DNA from: Eledone cirrhosa
Taxonomy: Eukaryota
DNA: 64,000 nt
Assembly (NCBI GenBank): GCA_964016885.1
Contig: OZ024740.1
Location: 297,104,001-297,168,000, forward strand
Direction of reading: 5' to 3'
In this document: positions 49,125-63,245 of the stretch, piece by piece
Layout of the letters: the number at the start of each line of letters is the position of its first letter
Position numbering within the stretch: position 1 is the first letter of the stretch
Notes under the pieces: generated by a model
The model's database searches: none
Told to the model about the DNA's origin: nothing
What the model saw: the letters and a program-made list of their open reading frames with translations, nothing else
Program-made: the position numbers and the translations under genes

Positions 49125-49497
49125 ATATCCAGTGCTTTTATCGAGAATGACACAGCTAGAGACTTATAGAATACTTAGCTGTGTACAGGAACTGGTTTGA
49201 AAGAGCGGTTGCCGGTCCGGCAGAAATTAGAAATTGGAATAAATGCTCTGAAATAGCGATATATATGTGAATATAGACATAGAATATTCGAAAATATTCT
49301 GTATGTTTATAATAAACATTTTGAAGACCTAATCGCTATAGAATAGAATACGTCACGTATTACAATTAGATTCTCGATAAAAGCAAGGGAAGTAATCTAC
49401 GCGTTTCATTCTTGTTAGAAATCTTCAGGATTCCTGTACACAGCTAAGTATTCTATAAGTCTCTAGCTGTGTCATTCTCGATAAAAGCACTGGATAT

Positions 49498-49540
49498 GTA
49501 GTCCTGAAGATTTCTAACAAGAATGAAACGCGTAGATTAC
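49498..49540 (+). ncRNA. Type I hammerhead ribozyme, array copy
   Basis: GUAGUC-CUGAAGA-U UUCU AACA AGAA U-GAAAC GC GUA^GAUUAC. Stem I is 6 bp, extended past an internal loop by 15 perfect bp (UUCUCGAUAAAAGCA/UGCUUUUAUCGAGAA). Predicted cleavage after 49534. Confidence 0.85.
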
Positions 49541-49807
49541 TTCCCTTGCTTTTATCGAGAATCTAATTGTAATACGTGACGTATTCTATTCTATAGCGAT
49601 TAGGTCTTCAAAATGTTTATTATAAACATACAGAATATTTTCGAATATTCTATGTCTATATTCACATATATATCGCTATTTCAGAGCATTTATTCCAATT
49701 TCTAATTTCTGCCGGACCGGCAACCGCTCTTTCAAACCAGTTCCTGTACACAGCTAAGTATTCTATAAGTCTCTAGCTGTGTCATTCTCGATAAAAGCAC
49801 TGGATAT

Positions 49808-49850
49808 GTAGTCCTGAAGATTTCTAACAAGAATGAAACGCGTAGATTAC
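49808..49850 (+). ncRNA. Type I hammerhead ribozyme, array copy
   Basis: Same sequence as 49498-49540, offset 310 bp. Confidence 0.85.
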
Positions 49851-50117
49851 TTCCCTTGCTTTTATCGAGAATCTAATTGTAATACGTGACGTATTCTATT
49901 CTATAGCGATTAGGTCTTCAAAATGTTTATTATAAACATACAGAATATTTTCGAATATTCTATGTCTATATTCACATATATATCGCTATTTCAGAGCATT
50001 TATTCCAATTTCTAATTTCTGCCGGACCGGCAACCGCTCTTTCAAACCAGTTCCTGTACACAGCTAAGTATTCTATAAGTCTCTAGCTGTGTCATTCTCG
50101 ATAAAAGCACTGGATAT

Positions 50118-50160
50118 GTAGTCCTGAAGATTTCTAACAAGAATGAAACGCGTAGATTAC
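50118..50160 (+). ncRNA. Type I hammerhead ribozyme, array copy
   Basis: Same sequence as 49498-49540, offset 620 bp. Confidence 0.85.
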
Positions 50161-51375
50161 TTCCCTTGCTTTTATCGAGAATCTAATTGTAATACGTGAC
50201 GTATTCTATTCTATAGCGATTAGGTCTTCAAAATGTTTATTATAAACATACAGAATATTTTCGAATATTCTATGTCTATATTCACATATATATCGCTATT
50301 TCAGAGCATTTATTCCAATTTATATATATATATATATTTAGGTTTGTTGGTTCACCACTGGATAGAACTGGTCATTCCGTATGGTTAACCTCGATGTAAT
50401 ATTAGGGAGAGCACTCGACGTAATGCAACTCACCCATCTTCATTTGTGTTGTTGGTGGTGCGAGTACGGAGTTAATTATTATAAAATAACAGGAGGCTGG
50501 ACTGGTGTAATTCCTTAAAAGGTTTATTATACTATGATCATTTCGGTGACCGGGTGGCTGACCGGCTTAGAAGCTGCTAAATGTTCAGCCGCCCTCCTGT
50601 CTTTGCTTTTCAGACCCATGGATTTTGTCTATTATATTCCTTTGTTAAATTTCGAATACCTGATGATGTCACCGGATTCATACTGAACCCGGTCATTAAA
50701 ATGATCATAGTATAATAAACCTTTTAAGGAATTACACCAGTCCAGCCTCCTGTTATTTTATAATATATATATATATATATATAAACGGAAAAAATGAAAC
50801 GAAATTTCATTTCTCACTCTTAGTACGGCTGTTACTTAAATATAAGTATGTATACGTACATACATATATGTATACAGACGTACAGTAGTATGTATATATA
50901 TACATACATGCACACATATATATATGTACGTATGGATTCACCGAACATTTATTATAATTCTCGGTGTGTTTGTAAACAAACATCCCGAATTAAGCCCTTT
51001 ATCGTTTTCGGTGCGCCCGGCCGATTAACTCATTCGATATGCAAATTAGGCTGCTCAGCCGTTAATATGCATAAGGAAAGTATATACTTTCAGACGTTCA
51101 ATCATCTGGCAGGAAGGTATACGTTGCTGACGATAGCTAATAGTACATCGTTCCTGTGTCAGTGTTGAACAAAAAGGCGACGATGGTTGCCGAACACTGT
51201 ACACCGTAATTCGGGCCGTTTGTTTACAAACAATCCGAACATTATAATAAATGTTCGATAAACCCATACGTACACATATATATATGTGTGCATGTATGTA
51301 TATATATACATACTACTATACGTCTGTACACATATATGTATGTACGTGCACATACCTATATTTAGGTATCAGTCC

Positions 51376-51406
<31 letters not shown>

Positions 51407-51656
51407 ATATAATATAATATAATATAATATAATATAATATATATATAATTGAAAAAGTGGAGAATAACATGGTCAACAGTACAAAAAAGGGGATTTATTT
51501 GCAGTCTAACAATTGTTTCACTGATAGAGTTGTCAAAAATTGCTGAACACTAAAAGCAGTGCAACTCAATTTTAAATACGATGTTAACTCTACTAGATAT
51601 CCATAATAAGTATTCACAACCTATAATTGGATTACCTATAACGAATTTTTGTTATC

Positions 51657-51715
<59 letters not shown>

Positions 51716-52109
51716 GGGGGTGGGGGTGCTGATACCGGGAACCGGGAAGACCACACGGACATATATATATATATTTACCAAGAAAGGGTAGATAGACATG
51801 GCACTGAAAGCAAATTAAAACTAAGGTAAATTTTATATTCTTCTAATGTGTATTAAATGTTTCATTCAGTTAGCGTTCGGCTGTCTTTATGTATCGTTAT
51901 TCATAAAACGTGTGCTTACACACACGCACACAAACACACACACAGACACACATACACATATATACACACACACAACCATACACAAACACACACAAATACA
52001 TCCACCGACACACCCACACACACATATATATATATGTATGAATGTATGGATATATATATACATAAATGTGTATATGTATATATTCATATATATGTATATA
52101 TACGTACAT

Positions 52110-52165
<56 letters not shown>

Positions 52166-52704
52166 TACACAATAATCAAAACTATGTTCAAATCATTTTA
52201 TTGCTGACAATCGTATCTTCCAAACTTTCGTTTGGAATCCTCGGAGCACTAGCATAGTTTGGACATATAATTAACTACCTATTCAACTGAACAATCATAT
52301 TGAATAGGGAGTTAATTATATGTCCAAACTTTGCTAGTGCTCCGAGGATCCCAAACGAAAGTTTGGAAGAAACGATTGTCAGCAATAAAATGATTTGAAG
52401 ATAGTTTTGATTATTGTGTAATTTATATTCCTGCTCTGTAAAACATCTGATGTATTTTCATTGAGCTATTTTTCTTACTGGTAATAAGGTAGTAATAAAT
52501 TACTGACCTGTCCTGTTTATAGTTGTATATAGTGTATATATAACTATAAATAATATTATTATTATATATATATACATACATACGCATATATGTATATATA
52601 TATATATATCCATATATCCATATACACACACACATATATATATATATGTATGTGTGTGTGTGTGTGCATGAGTGTGCTTGTGTGTATGTATGGATGTATG
52701 GATG

Positions 52705-52774
<70 letters not shown>

Positions 52775-52917
52775 CATCCATACATCCATACATACACACA
52801 AGCACACTCATGCACACACACACACACATACATATATATATATATGTGTGTGTGTATATGGATATATGGATATATATATATATACATATATGCGTATGTA
52901 TGTATATACATATATGC

Positions 52918-52995
<78 letters not shown>

Positions 52996-55660
52996 TTGAA
53001 GAATCATGATAGCAATTTAAAAACACCCACGAATACAAATGTATTCTGTTTTGTTTTCTATATTAATAGTACTGTATATAATTAAGTGGAAATGTCCCTC
53101 TGTACATCTGCGCCAGATCATTGACACAATTCCACTGAACTGTAATGGAATGACACATTAGATAATGTAATCCTGGCACACTAAAATATGTTGTGGATGA
53201 TCATGTCAGCAGGATCAAGACTTGTCTTTTCAGCAAATGTTGATGATATTGTTTTGTTCATTTACTCCTTTCAGTCATTAGAGACCGGCCATACTGGAGC
53301 ACTACCATCATTTCGTTAATCTTATCGACCACAGTACTTATTATTTCAAATCGGGTACTTATTTTAGCGATCTTGTTTCTGACGAATCGCTAAGTTACGG
53401 GGCATAACCATAGACATAAGATGGTCAGGGACCCCACAGTCACATTCTGGGCTGTCTTTAATTTTCCATCGATGGAAATGGTAGGCTGTCCTGGCATGTG
53501 TTGTGTGGATCCGAAACGATGCTATGAAGATTTATGAACTTATGCATCAGAGAGAAATATGAAAAAATTTTAAAACATGGAATTTCTATCAATCTCGATA
53601 ATTATAATAAATATCATATGCATGTATGGTCGCATAACTCCTGACGGAACCGTAGAGTCGCCATGTTGATATACAGAGTTTCTAGAACATTTAAAAACCT
53701 AGTGAAGCCCAATCCTCTCCAGGTCTGAATACAGCAGATTTCTTCTAGAGAAGGATACAGAGAGGAAGAGAATGGAAGATATATCGAGGAAGACTCGACC
53801 ACCAGTACTATACTGGTACTTTATTTTATCGTCCTCAAATGGATGAAAAGCAAAGTTGACCTCGGTGGTATTCGAACTCAGGGAACAGAGAACCGAAATG
53901 AATACCGCAAAGCATTCTATCCGACGTTCTAACAACTCTGCTAATTCGCCGATCATATAACATTATGTAATATAATTTTACATAATTTTCTGTCTAATAT
54001 TATATTTATTTTATTTATTTATCATTTGTATTTGTTATATTTTAGTATTTCGAGGTCGATTAAAAAAAAGAACCAGTGTAGTACTGGGGTCGATTCTTCC
54101 TTTATATCTCTTTCTCATTTCCTCTCTCTCTCACTTTCTATCTTTCTCTGAAAGAAGTCTGCTGTATTCAGACCTGGAGAGGGTTGGACTCCCCAGGCTT
54201 AAAAGTGCCCAAGAAAGGCCGTATGTCAATACGGCACCCCTACGAATCTGTCAGGAGTTACGGGACCATACCACAGCTTTTTATTAGAATACGTTAAAAA
54301 TTAAAGCAAATATGGCTTCAAGAATTATAGCCTGATTGTACTGGGGAAGAAAAAAGAAAATGAAAAGGAGAAAAATAAAGAAGTAACAAGCAACGAAAGA
54401 AGGGAGAAGAGGAGGGGCAATCACTACACCCCTATTCTAAGTAGTGGTACAGCCGCTACCCGCGGACAAAACGACAAAAGCATAACCGCGGAGAATGATC
54501 AGAGACACCCGCTGCAACAGCCACCCCACCTCACTGGGCTCCCTCCTCAAGATGGCCGCCGCTTTAGTCATTATATATATAACATAAGGGTGGTGGATTG
54601 GCAGTATCGTTAGAGCGTCGGACAACATGCTTTGTGGCATTGAGTTCCAACCCTTTAGGTTCTGAGGTCAAATCCCGCCGAGATTCGCTTAGCCTTACAT
54701 CCTTACGAGGTCAATAGTACCAGTCTGAAGTCTAAAGTCTGCCTTAAGCCAGAAGGCTCATTTGGCCAGTGCCTATCCCGGTTTCATGGCGTGAAGCGAC
54801 TGAGAATACAAGACTACCCCCCTGGACAGGATGCCAGTCCATCGCAGGGTTAAATCCCCAGCTATATCTGGTACTCATTTTCAGCTGAGTATACTGGAGC
54901 AACGTGAAATGAAGTGTTTTGCTCAAGAACACAACACGCAATCCAGGAATCGAACCCACACATTATGATCGTAAGTCCTACACCGTTACCACTAGGCCAC
55001 AACCCTCCACCAATAGTACCAGTAAAGGTCAATAAAGTACCAGTAAATCACTGTGGTCGATTTAACCGACTTCCCCCTCCCCCCAAATTGTTATTATTGT
55101 GCCTAAATGAGAAACCAATAACATAACATTGAACACAGCACTGAGAATGAATTAATCTAGAAATCATTTATTTATTTATTTATTTATTACAGTCATGAGG
55201 CTATTGCTTACACAATGACGTACTACAGCTCCAATTTGCCGCCATATAGATTGGGTAATCGAAAAACGATCAAAAGAATACTTTAATATATATTTCTCCA
55301 ACACGGAATCGAAACCAGACTACAGACTCGCTTGTTCTAATCACTTGCTTTCTCCAACTGCACTCAGACTTGAAAAATAGTGTGGCCAAAATGGAGTACA
55401 CGGTGCCAGTTGGAACGAGGTGGTAATGTTCCAAATGAAATGGTTACAAGGCAGTAATCAGCAAGTGTACCAGGTGCTACCATTCGGTCACTGAACGATC
55501 ACTAAATAATGGACAGAAGGAAAATGACCGCTTTTTGATGCAGTCAAAGACAGGAAGCTCATCTAACAAATTACCCTAATTTGCTTTTCATTCTGTTGTT
55601 TTCGGTGTCATTGTTGTTGTTGTTGTTGTGCTACTTGTGGTGACGAGGGCGGGGATTTAA

Positions 55661-56400
55661 GTGTCGTTGGTGTTGGTAGCGGTAATGGTAGTGGTGGTGA
55701 TGACGGCGGCGATGGAGGTGGCGGTGGTAGTTGTTTTGGTGGTTGTATTGGTGGTGGTGGTGGTGTTGGTGGTTGTAGTGGTGGTGGCTGTGTTGGTGGT
55801 GGTAGCTTTGTTGGTGGTTGTATTGGTGGTGGTGGTGGTGTTGGTGGTTGTAGTGGTGGTGGCTGTGTTGGTGGTGGTAGCTGTGTTGGTGGTTGTATTG
55901 GTGGTGGTGGTGGTGGTGTTGGTGGATGTATTGGTGGTGGTGGTGGTGGTGGTAGCTGTGTTGGTGGTTGTATTGGTGGTGGTGGTGGTGGTGGTGGTAG
56001 TTGTGTTGGTGGTTGTATTGGTGGTGGTGGTAGCTGTGTTGGTGATTGTATTGGTGGTGGTGGTGGTGGTGGTGGTGGTGGTAGCTGTGTTGGTGGTTGT
56101 ATTGGTGGTGGTGGTGGTTGTGGTAGCTGTGTTGGTGGTTGTATTGGTGGTGGTGGTGGTAGCTGTGTTGGTGGTTGTATTGGTGGTGGTGGTGGTGATG
56201 GTAGCTGTGTTGGTGGTTGTATTGGTGGTGGTGGTGGTAGCTGTGTTGGTGGTTGTATTGGTGGTGGTGGTGGTGATGGTAGCTGTGTTGGTGGTTGTAT
56301 TGGTGGTGGTGGTGGTAGCTGTGTTGGTGGTTGTATTGGTGGTGGTGGTGGTAGCTGTGTTGGTGGTTGTATTGGTGGTGGTGGTGGTGTTGGGGCTGGT
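55661..56400. repeat. GGT-based minisatellite (GGTGGTTGTATT(GGT)nAGCTGTGTT)
   Basis: Higher-order unit with variable GGT count. Confidence 0.9.
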
Positions 56401-56855
56401 GCTAGTGTTGTGATTGATTTGGAGTTAGTGGGAATTATGTTACTATTTTTGCGCTCGGAATGAGGTAGTTATTGCTTTCTTGCTGTGGCTGATCATCGTG
56501 ATATTAGGAATGTTGAACCTATATATACACGCACGCATGTGCGTGTGTGTGCGTGCTTTTGTATTAAATTTTGTGTCAAACACCCGAAATATAATATAAA
56601 TACACATCCGTAGATATACAGTACATGATTAACTGTGACTATGATTGTATATATATAAACATATACGCAATATACGCAGCTATCAGTTACGTATTTCATG
56701 GTGGCTGTTTGGGGGTGCAAATACACTTTGTTGTGGTTACAATAAAATCGTAAATATACGGGATGTTTACATGTCTATATACACACTGTACATTTATATA
56801 TGCATTTACACTGTTGGTTAATCTTGTACTATATGTATACAGATATGTATGTATG

Positions 56856-58398
<1,543 letters not shown>

Positions 58399-58419
58399 TA
58401 TGTATGTGTATTCGTATGG

Positions 58420-59192
58420 GACGATTGTGGTCATTATCGTCGGATAATCCTCCGTCCAGTTGTGGGAAAATTTGTGTAAGATCACGCTGGACAGATTGCT
58501 TGATAATATCACTGGCAATGTTTTTGCCCTGCGCAGTGTGGCTTTAGAAGTGGCAGAGGGACAACAGACACAATCCTCTCTGCAATGCAACTACGGGAGA
58601 AGTGCATTGAGCAGGGGATGCATTTGTATCATGTCTTCGTTGACCCGAGAAAGGCTTTTTATACGGTAAATAGGATTGCCTTATGGAAGAGTCTGACTAA
58701 GCTCGTTTGTCCTGACAAGTTCAATCAGTTTTGAGAAGTTTTCATGATGGTATGCAAACTTGTGCCAATATAGGTGGACAGATCCTATTTCTCTCCGGTT
58801 TTCCTTATGTCATTCGAGGACTACACACATGGAATTTATATCAAGTATGGTTCTACAGCTAAGTTACTTAAAATCAGAGGGTTTGCTGCCAAAACAAAGG
58901 TACTCACTTCTTTAATACGCAAATTTTGGATGCAGATGATTGTTATCTTGTCGCTCGCTCTAAGATTGGCATGCAGCATCTGATGGATTCTTTTTCGGAG
59001 GTACACAGTACGCTGGGTCTGGCAATCAGTCTGGTTAAGACAGTTGTTATGTATCAACCTGCTCCGGGTAATGACTTCACAGAGCCTAGCATTCATTCAT
59101 GTGCATGGCAAAACAATGAACTTTGTGTGTATTTAGACAGCACAGTTAATATGACAAACAACCTTGATGATGAAATCTCTTTACGACTATAG
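58420..59192 (+). mobile_element. RTE-clade reverse transcriptase remnant
   Basis: FVDPRKAFYTVNR, MDADDC (YADD-like), LGLAISLVKTVVMYQPAPG, YLDST...NLDDEI; frameshifted. Confidence 0.8.
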
Positions 59193-59319
59193 AGACACCG
59201 TATATCAATTCAGTGCACACACGAGTTCCTCTAGAGTTACGGGACCATGCATGCATGCATTTCGAGGAGGATTTCGATGACTTTGTTTCAATGTGTTAAA
59301 CGCTATACTTCTCGTATAT

Positions 59320-59736
59320 AAATAATTGTTTCTACTTTAGGCACAAGGTCAGCAATTACCCAGTGCATTACTGGTACTTTATTTTATCGACCCCGTAAGG
59401 ATGAATGGCAAAGTCAACCTCGGCGGGTTTTGAACTCAGATCGTAAAGAGACGTAACTATGCTGGAAAGCATGGCGTCCAACCCTCTACCGATACTGCCA
59501 ATCCACCTTCTCGTATATAAATAATATCATTGTGTATGGTGTGAGGGCGGTGGATTGGCAATATCGGTAGAGGGTCGGACGCCATGCTTTGACGCATAGA
59601 GTTACGGCCCTTGCCATTGTGAGTTCAAATCCCGCCGAGGTTAACTTTGCCTTTCATCCGTATGTGGTCGATAAAATAAAGTACCAGTAATACACTGAAT
59701 AATTGCTGGCCTTGCGCCAAATGTAGAAACAATTAT
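59320..59736. mobile_element. Divergent (head-to-head) pair of the dominant SINE
   Basis: Minus copy about 59320-59507 and plus copy about 59544-59736, about 36 bp apart. Confidence 0.85.
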
Positions 59737-59748
59737 TGTGTATGTGTG

Positions 59749-59871
<123 letters not shown>

Positions 59872-59945
59872 ACGATATATATATGTGTATATATATATAT
59901 ACCATGATATTAAATAAATGGAAACTATATTTATAAAACCATATT

Positions 59946-60010
59946 TATTTTATTATATATATTTCAAGGGCAACCAAGCCAACATTGGTGCGCTTTCATC
60001 AGATAAAACA
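59946..60010 (-). ncRNA. Minimal type I hammerhead ribozyme (second family)
   Basis: UGUUUUAU-CUGAUGA-AAG C GCA CCAA UGUUGGC UUGG U UGC C CUU-GAAAU AUAU AUA^AUAAAAUA: 8-bp stem I, intact core, palindromic loop III. Confidence 0.75.
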
Positions 60011-60124
60011 CAATTTTATTTAATATCATGGAATATTTACTCCAGTAACTTGTTGAGTGCTCTAAATCAGTTATAAACATTTATGTTTGTTTTGTCGGAA
60101 TTCCAACAAATTAAATATAACTTC

Positions 60125-60195
<71 letters not shown>

Positions 60196-60238
60196 GAAAA
60201 TGAATATAAATATGTTTATATGTCTGCGTATGTAGATG

Positions 60239-61999
60239 AATATGCATGTATCACTAATATGTATGTATCACTAATATGCATATATCACTAATATGTATGT
60301 ATCACTAATATGCATGTATCACTAATATGCATATATCACTAATATGCATGTATCACTAATATGTATGTATCACTAATATGCATATATCACTAATATGCAT
60401 GTATCACTAATATGCATGTATCACTAATATGCATATATCACTAATATGTATGTATCACTAATATGCATGTATCACTAATATGCATATATCACTAATATGC
60501 ATGTATCACTAATATGCATATATCACTAATATGCATGTATCACTAATATGCATATATCACTAATATGTATGTATCACTAATATGCATATATCACTAATAT
60601 GCATATATCACTAATATGCATATATCACTAATATGTATGTATCACTAATATGCATATATCACTAATATGCATATATCACTAATATGCATGTATCACTAAT
60701 ATGTATGTATCACTAATATGCATATATCACTAATATGCATGTATCACTAATATGCATGTATCACTAATATGCATATATCACTAATATGCATGTATCACTA
60801 ATATGCATATATCACTAATATGCATATATCACTAATATGTATGTATCACTAATATGCATATATCACTAATATGTGTGTATCACTAATATGCATATATCAC
60901 TAATATGCATATATCACTAATATGTATGTATCACTAATATGCATATATCACTAATATGTATGTATCACTAATATGCATATATCACTAATATGCATGTATC
61001 ACTAATATGCATGTATCACTAATATGTATGTATCACTAATATGCATATATCACTAATATGCATATATCACTAATATGCATATATCACTAATATGTATGTA
61101 TCACTAATATGCATGTATCACTAATATGTATGTATCACTAATATGTATGTATCACTAATATGCATGTATCACTAATATGTATGTATCACTAATATGCATA
61201 TATCACTAATATGCATGTATCACTAATATGCATATATCACTAATATGCATATATCACTAATATGTATGTATCACTAATATGTATGTATCACTAATATGCA
61301 TATATCACTAATATGCATGTATCACTAATATGCATATGTCACTAATATGCATGTATCACTAATATGCATATATCACTAATATGCATATATCACTAATATG
61401 TATGTATCACTAATATGCATGTATCACTAATATGCATATATCACTAATATGTATGTATCACTAATATGCATATATCACTAATATGCATGTATCACTAATA
61501 TGCATATATCACTAATATGTATGTATCACTAATATGCATGTATCACTAATATGTATGTATCACTAATATGCATATATCACTAATATGCATATATCACTAA
61601 TATGCATGTATCACTAATATGCATATATCACTAATATGTATGTATCACTAATATGCATGTATCACTAATATGTATGTATCACTAATATGCATATATCACT
61701 AATATGCATATATCACTAATATGCATATATCACTAATATGCATGTATCACTAATATGCATATATCACTAATATGCATGTATCACTAATATGCATATATCA
61801 CTAATATGCATATATCACTAATATGCATATATCACTAATATGCATGTATCACTAATATGCATATATCACTAATATGCATGTATCACTAATATGCATATAT
61901 CACTAATATGCATATATCACTAATATGCATATATCACTAATATGCATGTATCACTAATATGCATATATCACTAATATGCATGTATCACTAATATGCATG
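60239..61999. repeat. 17-bp minisatellite, about 100 copies, consensus TCACTAATATGYATRTA
   Basis: Period 17 read directly (tcactaa at 60251, 60268 and onward). Confidence 0.97.
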
Positions 62000-62303
62000 A
62001 TCATGATTTTACACCTACAAAGTTTTCCTCCTAGGCAAGAGCCTGGGCAAGTTTAGTTTGTGTAATACCAGCATTCGCATCAGCCGGTCCGCGATTCGAA
62101 CTCAAAACCTCTCAGTTACGTGCCTACCACTCATATATATACCTATACTTATATATATATATATATATACATGTAAAGTTATATTTAAAATTGTTGGGTT
62201 ACAACTAGTAAATATTTATAACTGATATAAAAGCACTCGACAAATACTTGGAGTATATTTACAATATTAAATAAATGGAAAACTATATTTATAAAACCAT
62301 ATC

Positions 62304-62369
62304 TATTTCATTATATATATTTCGGGGATATCATATTAACAATATGCTATGCCTTCATCAGACAAAATA
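62304..62369 (-). ncRNA. Minimal type I hammerhead ribozyme (second family), left arm of inverted repeat
   Basis: Reverse complement of 62528-62593. Confidence 0.7.
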
Positions 62370-62527
62370 CAATATAAACAGTTTTATAGATAAATATATT
62401 CGACATACCGTAATAAACATCAACTTCATTTGAAGAGGTTTACTCTAGCAGGAGTAAACCTCTTCAAATGAAGTTGATGTTTATTACGGTATGTCGAATA
62501 TATTTATCTATAAAACTGTTTATATTG

Positions 62528-62593
62528 TATTTTGTCTGATGAAGGCATAGCATATTGTTAATATGATATCCCCGAAATATATATAATGAAATA
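62528..62593 (+). ncRNA. Minimal type I hammerhead ribozyme (second family), right arm of inverted repeat
   Basis: UAUUUUGU-CUGAUGA-AGGCAUAGCAUAUUGUUAAUAUGAUAUCCCC-GAAAU AUAU AUA^AUGAAAUA: 8-bp stem I with two G-U pairs; first stem II pair is A-C. Confidence 0.7.
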
Positions 62594-63163
62594 GATATGG
62601 TTTTATAAATATAGTTTTCCATTTATTTAATATTGTATATATATATATATATTTTTATTTTTTTATTTTTTTATTTTTTTATTTTTTTTATTTTAAAGAA
62701 GGAGCTTCTACAGGACTAGTACTGTTTCATTCAGATGAAATCTTCAGGCACTTCCTGAAGATTTCATCTGAATGAAACAGTACTGTAGAAGCTCCTTCTA
62801 TAAAAAAAAAAAAAAATTTTACTCTGCCATGTATTGAGTACCTTACTTACTGTGGTTATCCCCGACTCAACCCGAGACCTACGTATTTATATATATATAT
62901 ATATATATATATACATTACATTATATATATATATATATATATATAATGTATGTATGTGTGGGTGTGTAACAGTATTATAGAGATTATTCCGATTTAAACA
63001 TTTATCGTCTTTCTACGTCTTCTGAATATGAAGACGATAGACATCTACACGGTATTCTCGCTTCCATACATGGTAAGGATTTGTCTGTTTTCTGCGTCAC
63101 GACTACTACAATGAATTTCTCCCCCTCTCTCTCTTTCTTTCTGTATCCCCCCTCTCTCTCTTA

Positions 63164-63245
<82 letters not shown>

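Larger units (their letters stand above)
48950..50320. mobile_element. 310-bp tandem plus inverted array with hammerhead ribozymes (retrozyme-like / Penelope pseudo-LTR array)
   Basis: About 1.55 units in one orientation (48950-49430), then about 2.9 units in the other (starts at 49431, 49741, 50051). Copies look identical by eye; (TA)n on both sides. Confidence 0.85.
62260..62637. repeat. Inverted repeat, 186-bp arms, 6-bp spacer
   Basis: 62260-62445 is the reverse complement of 62452-62637, with no mismatch seen by eye; spacer tagcag. Confidence 0.92.

Noticed and set aside
60239-61999. CRISPR-like regular array
   Set aside because: No unique spacers, eukaryotic context, no cas genes; it is a minisatellite.
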